Origin: an uncultured bacterium
GTDB taxonomy: Bacteria; Patescibacteriota; Gracilibacteria; UM-FILTER-43-11
DNA length: 54,765 nucleotides
Direction: 5' to 3'
NCBI GenBank assembly: GCA_965369815.1
Contig: CBDUQS010000002.1
Span: 1 to 54,765 of the forward strand
This document shows, one piece after another, positions 9,153 through 21,217 of this stretch. The notes under the pieces are model-generated. The model was not told the DNA's origin and did not search any database. It worked only from the letters and a program-made list of their open reading frames with translations. Made by a program: the position numbers and the translations under genes. Each line of letters opens with the position of its first letter. The stretch's first letter is position 1.

Positions 9153-9932
9153 TTAAATCCCCGCTGGCTTTTTCACATCTTTCACTTCAAATTGAACCTT
9201 CAAATCCCCTTCTAAGTTCATTCCAAGGTTATTTTCACGAACAATAGTAGAGGCTTTGTATAAACTCTCAAAGGTTCCTGCATCAATCCAGTCTCCTTGT
9301 AATACTTCTGCATTCAAAAGCCCTTGTTCTAAGTAAATATTGGCTAAGTCCACAATTTCTAATTCTCCACGCTTAGATGGTTTTAGGTTTTTAGCATGTT
9401 GAATCACTTTGTTGTCATACATATAAAACCCAACTTGAGCTAAATTCGATTTAGGCTGCTCGGGCTTTTCTTCAATAGAAAGTACCTTTCCGTCCGTTGT
9501 AATATCAATCACCCCAAAACGCTCAGGATCGGTCACTTGCTTAGCAAAAACCGTCGCCCCTCCTTTAAAATTCTGAACGGCTGACGTAAAATCGTGAGTG
9601 AAAATATTGTCTCCTAAGATCATCGCCACATCATCATTTCCAATAAAGTCTTCACCAATAATAAAGGCTTGAGCCAGCCCTTCAGGAGCGTCTTGAACTT
9701 CATAGGCAAAACGAGCGCCAAACTGACGACCAGATCCAAGTAAATTCACAAAATCTCCACTATGATCAGGGGATACAATGATAAGAATATCTTTAATCCC
9801 TGCTTTAAGAAGCGTCTGAAGCGGAAAATAAATCATCGGCTGATTGTAAACAGGCAAAAGCTGTTTACTGGTTACCTTGGTTAACGGATGCAACCGTGTT
9901 CCCGAACCTCCTGCTAAAATAATACCTTTCAA
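9153..9932 (-). CDS. rfbA: glucose-1-phosphate thymidylyltransferase (RmlA-like), short form
   Basis: 259 aa. KGIILAGGSGTRLHPLT..SKQLLPVYNQPMIYFPL, GLAQAFIIGEDFIGNDD, EEKPEQPKSN and RGELEIVD closely follow the E. coli RmlA layout. TTG start. Confidence 0.88.
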   Translation of the reverse strand: MKGIILAGGSGTRLHPLTKVTSKQLLPVYNQPMIYFPLQTLLKAGIKDILIIVSPDHSGDFVNLLGSGRQFGARFAYEVQDAPEGLAQAFIIGEDFIGNDDVAMILGDNIFTHDFTSAVQNFKGGATVFAKQVTDPERFGVIDITTDGKVLSIEEKPEQPKSNLAQVGFYMYDNKVIQHAKNLKPSKRGELEIVDLANIYLEQGLLNAEVLQGDWIDAGTFESLYKASTIVRENNLGMNLEGDLKVQFEVKDVKKPAGI

Positions 9933-9944
9933 AATAAACTTAGT

Positions 9945-11198
9945 TTAATTATAAAATTCTTTCACCCTATCTAGTACATTATTCAGATCCACCATCTCCG
10001 CATCACTTTTATTTCGCTCCTTCCATTCAGCGGTGCGTGTTTCCATGGTGCGAGATGATAGCACAAGTCGCAGAGGAATGCCAATTAAGTCCGCATCGGC
10101 AAATTTAGCACCCGCTCGCTCATCACGATCATCGAAAAGCACCGTAATACCAGCGCCACGAAGAACATTGTATAAATTGTCCGCTTCTTTCAGTGTTTTC
10201 TCATCCGTTCCAAGCGTAGACAGATGCACTTGATAAGGAGCCACTGATTTTGGCCATAAAATACCCTTATCATCATTAAAAATTTCAACCAAAGTCCCCA
10301 TAATACGAGTGGGGCCAATGCCATAACAACCCATAATCACAGGATTCTTCTTTCCAGATTCATCCACATAGCTGAACTTGAATGCATCGGAGAATTTACT
10401 ACCCAATTTAAAAATATTCCCTACCTCAATCCCCTTCTTTTCCACCAAATCTTTACTATCACATTCAGGGCAGGTGTTTTGATCGTCTAATATTTCTTTA
10501 TTCACCGCAACACGGCACTTTTCACAACAATAAATAGTATCTTCCCCCACTTCGGAAAGGATTTGATATTCATGAGAATATTTACTAAAAGCCCCCCCAG
10601 ATGCATAAGTAAGGTAAGTAACTTCTGGATCAAAGCCAAGTCGCTTAAAAACTTTAAAATAAGCCTCTTTCACACGATCATAATACGCATCTAAATCTTC
10701 TTGAGACGCATGAAAAGAATAAAGATCCTTCATTCCGAACTCCCGCCCTCGAAGAATACCAGATTTAGCACGCGCCTCGTTACGGAATTTGTTCTGAAGC
10801 TGAAAAACCGCTGTTGGAAGATCTTTATAAGAAAGAACATAATTCTGAACCAATGGAGTAACAATCTCCTCATGAGTGGCGCCAAGTGCATATTCTTTAT
10901 TTCCCGCCCCTTTCAATCGAAAAAGAACATCCATTGAATCCCAACGATCTGTTTTTACCCAATTTTCTTTAGGAGCCAAAGCAGGCATTAAAATTTCCTG
11001 AGCATCCACTGCCTCCATTTCTTCTCGAATGATTTGTTCAATTTTACGGAGCGCTTTTAACCCTAATGGCAAATAACTGTAAACCCCTGCCGTCTCTTGA
11101 TGAATGAATCCACCCTGAATCAAATATTTCGCATTCGCGCTATCGGCATCATGCGAAACGGACTTAGTGGTTTTACTGAAAAGTTTAGAATATCTCAT
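9945..11198 (-). CDS. proS: prolyl-tRNA synthetase, compact form lacking the INS editing domain
   Basis: 417 aa. Class II motifs (LRGREFGMKDLYSFH, GCYGIGPTR), bacterial-type N-terminus, C-terminal anticodon-binding domain, and a CCEKC...CPEC insert where INS would be. Confidence 0.9.
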   Translation of the reverse strand: MRYSKLFSKTTKSVSHDADSANAKYLIQGGFIHQETAGVYSYLPLGLKALRKIEQIIREEMEAVDAQEILMPALAPKENWVKTDRWDSMDVLFRLKGAGNKEYALGATHEEIVTPLVQNYVLSYKDLPTAVFQLQNKFRNEARAKSGILRGREFGMKDLYSFHASQEDLDAYYDRVKEAYFKVFKRLGFDPEVTYLTYASGGAFSKYSHEYQILSEVGEDTIYCCEKCRVAVNKEILDDQNTCPECDSKDLVEKKGIEVGNIFKLGSKFSDAFKFSYVDESGKKNPVIMGCYGIGPTRIMGTLVEIFNDDKGILWPKSVAPYQVHLSTLGTDEKTLKEADNLYNVLRGAGITVLFDDRDERAGAKFADADLIGIPLRLVLSSRTMETRTAEWKERNKSDAEMVDLNNVLDRVKEFYN

Positions 11199-11202
11199 TT
11201 TT

Positions 11203-11230
11203 AAAAGGACTAAGGAGTACGGACTAGGGA
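11203..11230 (+). repeat. heptamer array NNANGGA x4
   Basis: aaaagga ctaagga gtacgga ctaggga, in the proS/pilin divergent spacer. Confidence 0.65.
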
Positions 11231-11349
11231 ATAAGCTTAGTTCTTAAGTAGCCAATTCTCAGTCCTTAAATTAACAACTCCCATTCTAAAGGAAGATAAG
11301 TTTGCCCTCAAGAGAAAGATTGGTTAAAATGAAACCGTAAAAATTAAAA

Positions 11350-11781
11350 ATGAAAATGAAAAAACCACTAAAAACAATCTTACAGTTCAGCGCCGTCATG
11401 GGATTCACCCTAGTACTGCTTTTTGTAATGGATTCGTCAGCATTAGCTCAATTCAGCCCACCAACGCTTTTACCTACAGAAGATGCAAATATTGGGGGTA
11501 GGGGCGATGTCTGCCAAGGATTGGCTACTATGATCAAAAGCGGAAAAATCGGAACTCGGAATCTTCCCTGCTTTGTAAAGTTCTTCACTCAAACGCTCAT
11601 TGGAATTGCAGGAAGCTTGGCAGTGGTTTTTGTGATGATCGGTGGCTATAAATATGTAATTCCTGGAGATGAGAAAAAAGATGAAGCGAAAAAAACAATC
11701 ACCTACGCCCTCATTGGCTTAGCAGTTTCCCTGCTAGCTTGGGTTATTATCGACCTTGTCCTTCAAATCACCACTGAATAG
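11350..11781 (+). CDS. TrbC/VirB2-like type IV secretion pilin (CPR-type T4SS pilin)
   Basis: 143 aa. Signal peptide ending ALAQ, a conserved Cys pair, then two TM helices flanking a charged loop (IAGSLAVVFVMIGGYKYVIPGDEKKDEAKKTITYALIGLAVSLLAWVII), which is the VirB2/TrbC topology. Confidence 0.6.
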   Translation: MKMKKPLKTILQFSAVMGFTLVLLFVMDSSALAQFSPPTLLPTEDANIGGRGDVCQGLATMIKSGKIGTRNLPCFVKFFTQTLIGIAGSLAVVFVMIGGYKYVIPGDEKKDEAKKTITYALIGLAVSLLAWVIIDLVLQITTE

Positions 11782-11793
11782 CAACGAAGAACT

Positions 11794-11807
11794 CATAATT
11801 CATAATT
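11794..11807 (+). repeat. heptamer array CATAATT x2
   Basis: Same unit as the array upstream of purE. Also reads as tandem -10-like hexamers. Confidence 0.65.
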
Positions 11808-11817
11808 ATTAAAAAAG

Positions 11818-13065
11818 ATGACCATCAAACGCTCCACAAAAACCTTTCTGCGAAAATCACAAAAAAAGATCGATGCTTTAAGGAAAGCACTTCAAACACT
11901 GAGCTTAAAGGAAAAAAAATTAGAAAATGAAGAAAAAAAATTAATTAAAATGGTTGAAAAGCCAGCTCAGGAAGTGAGGGTCAGCCTTTCGATTGACTCC
12001 GTTGTTAGAGCAACCATCGCTATTTTAGGAGTTATAGGATTCACCTATCTTCTTTTCTTCATCAAGCAAATTATTATTATTTTCCTTGTTGCACTGTTCT
12101 TATCAGCCGCTTTTAATCCCGCTGTTGATAGATTAAACAAATACCATATCCCTCGTGGCCTTGGGATTGTTTTTATGTATATTGCGGTTCTGGGAATCAT
12201 CACCATCATTTTTACATCTCTTGTACCGATCATCGCCGATCAAGTAAGTGATTTAGCCAACCAAGTGCGCAACTATGTTCAAAATATTGTCTCTGGAAGC
12301 CCCGAAGACTCATGGTTTATTCGAAAAATACAACCCATTGCCAATCAGGTATGGCAAAATGTAGATCAAACTCAAATTCTAAACAGCTTAACCAGTGGAT
12401 TAAAAGAAATTGGGTCTAAATTAACCAGCTTCGCCGGCAATGCCATTGGGGCAATCTTTACAATCTTTAATGGTATTTTCAATCTTATTCTCGTACTCAT
12501 TATCACTTTCTTTATGGTGGTGAACAAAGAAAACACCAGTAACTTTTTTCACTCCCTATTCCCAAGTAAGTATTCTGGCTATATTTCAGAAAAAACTAAA
12601 AAGATCAGCATTAAAATTGGTGAATGGGTTCGAGGACAAGTCCTTCTCGCGCTCGCCATGGGGCTTCTTACTTTTATTGTTTTCTCACTAATCGGAGTTA
12701 ACTTCGCCCTAACGCTCGCCATGGTTGCAGCACTCGCTGAATTCGTTCCTTATATCGGACCACTCATCACCTTCCTCTCAGCCGCCCTAATAGCCCTCAA
12801 TCAAAGTCCTGTTATCCTACTATGGCTCATCCCTGCTTACGCGGTTATTCAGTTCCTAGAAGGAAACATAATGGTCCCGCTAATTGTTGGAAAATCAGTA
12901 GGTCTCAATCCAGTTGTAATTTTGTTTGCGCTATTATCAGGAGCAACCATCGGAGTAAAAATTGGTGGAAGCTTCGCCCTTGGTTTAGTCGGCATGATTA
13001 TCGCCGTTCCAATGGCCAATGTGATTTCAATTTTTGTTGAAGACTATACGGGGAAAAACAAGTAG
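11818..13065 (+). CDS. AI-2E family transporter (PerM/UPF0118) with coiled-coil N-terminal extension
   Basis: 415 aa. ~60-aa Lys/Glu-rich N-terminus, then ~8 TM segments with a family-typical C-terminal FVPYIGP...NIMVPLIVGKSVGLNP block. Confidence 0.8.
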   Translation: MTIKRSTKTFLRKSQKKIDALRKALQTLSLKEKKLENEEKKLIKMVEKPAQEVRVSLSIDSVVRATIAILGVIGFTYLLFFIKQIIIIFLVALFLSAAFNPAVDRLNKYHIPRGLGIVFMYIAVLGIITIIFTSLVPIIADQVSDLANQVRNYVQNIVSGSPEDSWFIRKIQPIANQVWQNVDQTQILNSLTSGLKEIGSKLTSFAGNAIGAIFTIFNGIFNLILVLIITFFMVVNKENTSNFFHSLFPSKYSGYISEKTKKISIKIGEWVRGQVLLALAMGLLTFIVFSLIGVNFALTLAMVAALAEFVPYIGPLITFLSAALIALNQSPVILLWLIPAYAVIQFLEGNIMVPLIVGKSVGLNPVVILFALLSGATIGVKIGGSFALGLVGMIIAVPMANVISIFVEDYTGKNK

Positions 13066-14814
13066 CTATCCTTGTTCTGTCCGGTCTAATTGGCTCAAAA
13101 GTTGCTTGAAATCAATCGCCTTTAAGCGATCTTTAAATAAATTATAAAGTTCTTCCTTACTTGAGTCAGCCTCAGTCGCACCTTGAAGATCATTTTTAAT
13201 CTGAGACAAGCCTTTTTCAATTGCGATAAAGGGGTCTTCAAAATTATTCACAACATTTAAATGAGAAGTATCCATCAAGCGATCACAAAGAGAAAACAAA
13301 ACACCTATTTCAGGAAGGTTAGAAAGCTTAGATAATTCATGAAGAATCTTTTCTCGTTCGCGCTCTACATTAAAAAGACGAGTAACCGTTAAGCCACGAG
13401 ACGCTGCATGATTAATAATAGTGTAGTCTTTTTGCTCCATCCCTTCAGAAGCCAGATTAATAGAAGACTGAATTTCATCAGCATAAAAGTTAAATGGACG
13501 AATTCGAAGCCTTGAAATCGGACGAATATATCCAAGAAGCCTAGGATCTCCTGTTTGTATTAACTTCTCAAAAGCCTCTCCATGTTGAGAGATTAGTTTT
13601 TCAGACTCAATAATCAAAATGTCGAGAGATTGCTCATCTTCCGGCGAAGCGAGAGATTTTCCATAAACCTCAAAACGCCTATTTTTAATGCGATTGATAA
13701 TTTTAACTATTTTAGCACAAGCTACTGGGAGGTTCTCTCGACCCAAACGATCCTTAAATCCCAATGCCTTCAGTCGACCCAACTCATTTAAAACCGTTTT
13801 CTTATTATAATTGATTGCTTTTTCAAATTGATCAATCAATATAACCAATCCCTCAATAATTGCTGTTTTTTCCTCCGTATCACCTTTTTTAAAGTTAAGA
13901 GCTCGCTGATGTAAAACTCGAATATCTTCTTGGGCTCGAATAATCATCGGAATCTCAGCCTTATAATAGCGATCCGCATAATCGGTTTTACGTCGAGCTC
14001 CGTAAGCGCCCTCAAAACACTGCAAAGTCTTTCCTGAACGCCGATAAGAACGAGTATGAAGAAGCATCCCCTCTTGTGTCCAATGCAACCGATAATTTTT
14101 TCTTCTTAGGTCTTCTCCATTTTTAGGAAGTGGAAAGACAGAATGGGTAAAAAACTCCTTCAATTGGGGAATTAATTCAGCTTTAAACTTCATCTTCTCA
14201 AAAGAAGTTAGCCCCTCTGGCATCGAAACACCCAAGTGCTTCAAAAATCCGTCTCGAATCAAAGCGGGATCCACCACACAAGGGGTTAAAGGTAAATCAT
14301 CATCATCCATATAGGAATAATTTGATCCATCAACAGGAAGAATTCGGTCCTCCAAACGACAAAAAACATCTTGGAAAACACGAAAACGTGAATTTTTGGT
14401 TTTAAAATAATCTCGTCCACCTTTTTGAAACCCCTCCCTTGAGGGATGATCCTCTTGGTCAGCTCGAGGAGTAAAATCAGCCAATTCTTCTAAATCTGCA
14501 CGCAAATGGGCGATCAAAAAAGAAATTTCTTCTTCAAGCGCCTCCATACCCTCAATTTCCACCTTTTTATTTTCACGTCGACTGGTCGTGATTCCAAGCT
14601 TTCGAGTCTCCCAAATTTCTTCCGCTGTTTCAGTCTGCCCCATATCTTTAAACGCTTTCACTTGAGCAAAGTATTTTTGCTTCCGATCAAGGGTTTCAAG
14701 ATGCTTTTTAAGAATAACTCGAGCTTCTTTAATTTTTTCAGGCAGTTCAACTTGCCTCCTCTCAGCCTCTGAAAGGCGATCAGTCGTTGAGCGATGTAAA
14801 TCAGGATATTCCAT
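13066..14814 (-). CDS. hypothetical cytoplasmic helical protein (582 aa)
   Basis: Long uninterrupted ORF with no TM segments or recognisable catalytic motif. Its stop abuts the stop of the convergent transporter gene with no spacer. Confidence 0.7.
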   Translation of the reverse strand: MEYPDLHRSTTDRLSEAERRQVELPEKIKEARVILKKHLETLDRKQKYFAQVKAFKDMGQTETAEEIWETRKLGITTSRRENKKVEIEGMEALEEEISFLIAHLRADLEELADFTPRADQEDHPSREGFQKGGRDYFKTKNSRFRVFQDVFCRLEDRILPVDGSNYSYMDDDDLPLTPCVVDPALIRDGFLKHLGVSMPEGLTSFEKMKFKAELIPQLKEFFTHSVFPLPKNGEDLRRKNYRLHWTQEGMLLHTRSYRRSGKTLQCFEGAYGARRKTDYADRYYKAEIPMIIRAQEDIRVLHQRALNFKKGDTEEKTAIIEGLVILIDQFEKAINYNKKTVLNELGRLKALGFKDRLGRENLPVACAKIVKIINRIKNRRFEVYGKSLASPEDEQSLDILIIESEKLISQHGEAFEKLIQTGDPRLLGYIRPISRLRIRPFNFYADEIQSSINLASEGMEQKDYTIINHAASRGLTVTRLFNVEREREKILHELSKLSNLPEIGVLFSLCDRLMDTSHLNVVNNFEDPFIAIEKGLSQIKNDLQGATEADSSKEELYNLFKDRLKAIDFKQLLSQLDRTEQG

Positions 14815-14927
14815 AAGGGCAATTTAAATTAAGGGGAATATTCTACATGCTTTTAGTTGTTTTGTCGATGTATGAAAAAAATAGGATGACGAATAAGAAA
14901 AGCTCTGATAGACTATCCTCTGTGCAT

Positions 14928-15004
14928 GCCCACATAGCTCAGCTGGATAGAGCACTGGTCTTCGGAACCAGGTGTCGGGGGTTCGAATCCCTCTGTGGGC
15001 ACCA
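14928..15004 (+). tRNA. tRNA-Arg (anticodon UCG), CCA encoded
   Basis: Cloverleaf read by eye: acceptor GCCCACA/TGTGGGC, D arm GCTC-AGCTGGATA-GAGC, anticodon stem CTGGT/ACCAG with loop CTTCGGA, T arm GGGGG-TTCGAAT-CCCTC, discriminator A, CCA. Confidence 0.95.
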
Positions 15005-15046
15005 TGAAAAATGTTCTCTCGGCAAAGCCAAGAGGTTATTTTTCAT
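15004..15046. terminator. bidirectional hairpin between tRNA-Arg and the secF 3' end
   Basis: ATGAAAAAT (15004-15012) pairs with ATTTTTCAT (15038-15046). This encloses an inner stem CTCTCGGC/GCCAAGAG, and A/T runs lie on both sides. Confidence 0.55.
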
Positions 15047-15060
15047 CTACGAAAATAAAA

Positions 15061-15978
15061 TTATCGCACTCGTTTCCGCTCCTGCCAAATGGTAAGAATT
15101 GGGCTCGCAATAAAAATAGAAGAGTAAGTTCCGACAACCACACCAACAATCAATGCAAACACAAAAATACGAATCGATTCAGCTCCTAAAAAGTAAAGGG
15201 CTACCAATGTAAACAAAGTTGAAATCGATGTATTAATCGATCGAGAAAGCGTTTGATTAAGGCTCATGTCGGCAACTTTGCCAAAAGTATCATCACGACC
15301 CTGATTCTTAAGATTCTCACGAATACGATCGAAAACCACAATGGTGTCGTGAACTGAGAAACCCATAATAGTTAGAAGTGCCGTAATAAAGAATGCATCC
15401 ACTTCAAACCCAAGAATGGCGAAGATTCCAAGAGTGATTAACACATCGTGAACTAAAGCAAAAATAGCACACATTCCAAAACGCCAAGGGCTCACTCGCT
15501 TAGGAACACGACGAAAGGCGTAAGCAATATAAAAAACAATTGCGAACATCGCGACAATAAGTGCAACAAAAGCTTTCTGCTTTAAAGTTTCACCAATTTT
15601 TGGACCAATCGTTGTAAAACGAATCTCTTCAAAGGTGCCCATAGAAGCCTCAATAGAAGCATTCACCGCATCATGTTCTTCTTCAGAAATATCTTTTCCA
15701 TGAATAATATAAGTATCAAGATCAGTAACTGTGATCTGACTAACGGTATTAGGAGCAGCATTATCAATTGCCTCTCGAAGTTGACTGACTGAATCGGTAT
15801 TCGCCTCATCAAACTGAAGTTCCATTAAGGTTCCTCCTGTAAAATCAATTCCCATTGAAATCGCCTGACCATAACGAATCTTATTGCTAATCATGGCGCC
15901 AGCACCAATTAGAATTAGAATAGAAGAGATGGTAAGCCAAACTTTAGTGTATTTAATAAATTTAAACTGAGTTTTCAT
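15061..15978 (-). CDS. secF: protein translocase subunit SecF
   Basis: 305 aa. GIDFTGGT motif and six TM segments with a SecF-type C-terminal half (VHDTIVVFDRIREN). No secD is adjacent. Confidence 0.9.
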   Translation of the reverse strand: MKTQFKFIKYTKVWLTISSILILIGAGAMISNKIRYGQAISMGIDFTGGTLMELQFDEANTDSVSQLREAIDNAAPNTVSQITVTDLDTYIIHGKDISEEEHDAVNASIEASMGTFEEIRFTTIGPKIGETLKQKAFVALIVAMFAIVFYIAYAFRRVPKRVSPWRFGMCAIFALVHDVLITLGIFAILGFEVDAFFITALLTIMGFSVHDTIVVFDRIRENLKNQGRDDTFGKVADMSLNQTLSRSINTSISTLFTLVALYFLGAESIRIFVFALIVGVVVGTYSSIFIASPILTIWQERKRVR

Positions 15979-16035
15979 GACAAGTAGTTAGAAGTGAATA
16001 GAAATGAATGGTTTAGTACGTTACCTATGTAAGGA

Positions 16036-18090
<2,055 letters not shown>

Positions 18091-18204
18091 TTATTTATCA
18101 AGTTAATACAGAGTCCCGTAGTTCGGAACACTCTAAAAAATAGCCACCCCATTTTATAGGATAGCCCCTCTTTTCGCAAGAGTGAATTTTACCAAAAAAA
18201 CAGA

Positions 18205-21195
18205 TTAGATCTCTTCATCAACAGGAATTGATGGAGTGTCTTCCAAAAGCTCTTCAATCGGTTCTTCAATTGTCTCTTCAGAAGGCTCTTCTTCAGCAGG
18301 CTCCTCAACAGGTGCCTCAACCGGTTTTGGATTTCCTTTAATATTTGCAAATTCCTCAAAAGATAATGAGTTAACAACAGAATCAACTCCATGAATCGAA
18401 ATATTAGCCAAGCGATTACTATTAACCTCAAAAGTAAAATTCAAAATTTTATCGCCTCGTTCGTAATCTTCAATTTTAACCCTCTCAGCAGGAAGTGGCG
18501 TAATAATATTTACCTCAGTAAGCTCAATCCCCTGCTTCGTCAAATAGTCAATCAGCCATAATTCAGATAAATAAGAAATATATTCTTTAACACCTTGGTT
18601 ATCAGCTACTAAAAGCTTGTGATCTGTTGAAATAAAGGTTTTGGAAGCACGATTAAAGGTGCCAGCAAATTCAATCGGCATAATGTCCAATCGAACTTTT
18701 TTAAATTCAACAATATTACGATCAGAATCAGCAAAGCGAATGTCTCGCTCGTCGATAACAAGGTTAAGGGCTACAAATTCTTTAACCGTGGAGCGAACTG
18801 CTTCAACCTCCTGTTCTTTGCCATACAAGGAAGTAAAAACAACATTAACCAAACGATCAATTGAGAGGGTAGAAGGTAAGCCAACATTCTGATCCTCTTT
18901 AAGAGAAATATCAGAAGCAATCTTATTCGATGTATTGTATTTAAAGGAAATTGATGTTTTCCTGTTGTCATCATCTTCAATAAACACATTGGAAACTTTA
19001 AATTCATTCAAGGTTGCTGTGTTTAAAATAGTCATTTGCTGATCACTTGAGATTAAAATCCCAAAACCTTCCAATTCCTTTATCGTCAACTGAATCGCAA
19101 GATCCTGAGCCGTCGCCTGAGAACGAGCCGCCTCTTCACTAGTATCTAAATTTAAGAAATCGACAAGGTCACCTGCATCTGGATCGGGAAGATGATCGAT
19201 CTTAATTGAAGCTTCAGGACTTTTAGCGATACGAACAAAATCATCAAGCGTAAAGCTTCCGCCAAGTGGATCATCATTCAGCACAATGTCATAAATTCCA
19301 TTGGTCGAATAATCGTACTGAGCCGAGAAAGAAACCAAAGTACCATCCTGAGCCCGATCCACGAATCGAGCGCTCTTGATTTCAAATGAAAAAGGATCTT
19401 CTGTATCAACAGCAATATCCTCTTCCAAAAGGGCAATACGAGCAACAGTAAATCGCTGAGAAACCTCATGCAATGTAGGATACAAAATCACATCATCCTG
19501 AGGCTCCTCTTCTTTAAGAATTTCTTCGAATCGTTCAGAAAGCGTCTTATCACGTTCCTGATTGGCCAAATAGTCTTTAAATTGAGCCTGCTCGGCTTCT
19601 TCTTCAGCAGCTGCTCGAAGTGACTGCTCAGCAAAGGCGATCCGATCCGCAAGAAGCGCTGCTTCTTGAATGAATAAGTCACGGGCTGCTGAGGTTTCTT
19701 TTTCTGATAAATTAAGCTGTGAATAGCTCGTTTTTAAGTAAGTTTTTGCCTCCGGGTAGCGAAGGGCAGCAATTAAATATTTGCTTACTTCAAGCCGCTC
19801 TAGGGCGATCTCAAACAAAGTTTCATCACCCTCCTCTGCATTGGCAAGACGGTAATCCCCTATTTTATCCAAAATAGTGAGTAGCTTTGTATCGATTCGA
19901 TCCGCATAAGAAAGAAGAATATTTTGATAAATGCGAACCTGTTGATCAAACTCATCTCGATGAGATTTTTTAAAGCCGGGCTTCCATTGCTCAACCCAGT
20001 GCTCAGTAAGCTCAATAGCCTTCTTATTATCCTCAGAACGAAGTAAATAATCCAAATCAGCCAAATAAGTTCTTAAAATCTCAGGGTTTTTATCTCGAGA
20101 TAATAAATATTGTCTCAAATACTCCTTTGTTAAATAAGCGGAACTTCCTTTGGGGACATTGTAAATTGAATAAAATTGAGATTCTAAAAGATTATTAAAT
20201 AATGGATCCCCAGTTAAGATCTCTTTTAGATCATCTAATTCCGCCAGTAAACTTTCGGCTTTTTCAGAATCATTGTCTTTATGAACACCTCCTAAAAGAT
20301 ATTGAAATTTCAACTCAGCTAACTGAAGTCGTTCCATACGCTTCTGAGAAGGGATAAGAGCTAATTTTTCACGAAACTCATGATACCGACTTCTAACTTC
20401 ATAAATACTTGTTGAATAAATAACATCATTGACACTCAATAAGCGAATGACATCGTTCTTCGCATTTCGCTGAACCCACTCCTCTTCAAAAATAGCAGGT
20501 GAAACAGGTCCCATTTTAAGTTCTTTTTTCATCTTAGTGTATTCCAAACGTGCGTATTCCGGAATAATTTGAGAATCAGCAAATACAATTTGATTTTTAA
20601 GAGGAATGACAAAGCGAGCCAACTCCTCACCGTCAGAGCCTTTTAAATTCAAATCCACGTTCCCAGTAATAGAAAAAACACGGTTGAGAGGCCGATTATA
20701 AGTGTAAGATCCAACAGAATGACTGAATTGAGCATCCCCCCTAGGGGTAGAAATAATAATCGGGTCAAAAGCATTTACCCAAACACTTCCTGATTCAAGC
20801 TGAAAAACAAAACGTGGGAAATGACGACTTAGAAAATGATTTTCTAAAAATCGAATCTCCGTATTCTGATCCAAACGAATCACATTATCCTCAATGCGAA
20901 TTTCTGCAAAGCTCTGATCACCCGTTTTAATATAAGAGTTGGTCAAAAGGACCTGGTCAGGCTGAGCCGATAGATAAGTAGAATCGTAAGGTGTCTTTAG
21001 AGAAACCTCCTGCCCTTCTGAAAACACAATACGAGGGGCTACTTCTCGAAAAGGACCCACTGACTGCTGAACAACAGCAAGGCTAAACCAAGCTGCATTC
21101 ACCAAGAGGAAAAGAAGGCTCAGAAACAATACCTTTTTTGAGAAGTGATAGAGAATACTCTGAGTCGAATTGTCGTTTTGATTTTCGTTTTCCAA
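18205..21195 (-). CDS. giant membrane-anchored envelope protein (996 aa), FecR-like N-terminal beta domain, acidic Pro/Glu tail
   Basis: TTG start. TM helix LFLSLLFLLVNAAWFSLAVV, then a FecR-like block (IKTGDQSFAEIRIEDNVIRLDQNTEIRF), a long helical region, and C-terminal PVEAPVEEPAEEEPSEE. Driven by promoter cassette copy b. Confidence 0.8.
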   Translation of the reverse strand: MENENQNDNSTQSILYHFSKKVLFLSLLFLLVNAAWFSLAVVQQSVGPFREVAPRIVFSEGQEVSLKTPYDSTYLSAQPDQVLLTNSYIKTGDQSFAEIRIEDNVIRLDQNTEIRFLENHFLSRHFPRFVFQLESGSVWVNAFDPIIISTPRGDAQFSHSVGSYTYNRPLNRVFSITGNVDLNLKGSDGEELARFVIPLKNQIVFADSQIIPEYARLEYTKMKKELKMGPVSPAIFEEEWVQRNAKNDVIRLLSVNDVIYSTSIYEVRSRYHEFREKLALIPSQKRMERLQLAELKFQYLLGGVHKDNDSEKAESLLAELDDLKEILTGDPLFNNLLESQFYSIYNVPKGSSAYLTKEYLRQYLLSRDKNPEILRTYLADLDYLLRSEDNKKAIELTEHWVEQWKPGFKKSHRDEFDQQVRIYQNILLSYADRIDTKLLTILDKIGDYRLANAEEGDETLFEIALERLEVSKYLIAALRYPEAKTYLKTSYSQLNLSEKETSAARDLFIQEAALLADRIAFAEQSLRAAAEEEAEQAQFKDYLANQERDKTLSERFEEILKEEEPQDDVILYPTLHEVSQRFTVARIALLEEDIAVDTEDPFSFEIKSARFVDRAQDGTLVSFSAQYDYSTNGIYDIVLNDDPLGGSFTLDDFVRIAKSPEASIKIDHLPDPDAGDLVDFLNLDTSEEAARSQATAQDLAIQLTIKELEGFGILISSDQQMTILNTATLNEFKVSNVFIEDDDNRKTSISFKYNTSNKIASDISLKEDQNVGLPSTLSIDRLVNVVFTSLYGKEQEVEAVRSTVKEFVALNLVIDERDIRFADSDRNIVEFKKVRLDIMPIEFAGTFNRASKTFISTDHKLLVADNQGVKEYISYLSELWLIDYLTKQGIELTEVNIITPLPAERVKIEDYERGDKILNFTFEVNSNRLANISIHGVDSVVNSLSFEEFANIKGNPKPVEAPVEEPAEEEPSEETIEEPIEELLEDTPSIPVDEEI

Positions 21196-21217
21196 AGGGT
21201 TTATTTCAAATTTATCT

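Noticed and set aside
8170-9172. Shared 13-mer TAAATCCCCGCTG just 3' of the UppS-like gene (about 8176) and at the 3' end of the rmlA-like gene (about 9153).
   Set aside because: An exact 13-nt match is expected many times by chance among all position pairs in a 55-kb window, and there is no extended similarity around it.
14847-15095. 82-aa ORF overlapping the tRNA-Arg locus.
   Set aside because: It reads straight through a canonical tRNA cloverleaf and the terminator hairpin. There is no coding support.
15061-15978. secF without an adjacent secD as evidence of loss of SecD.
   Set aside because: The absence applies only to this window. secD may be encoded elsewhere or fused differently, so this cannot be assessed here.
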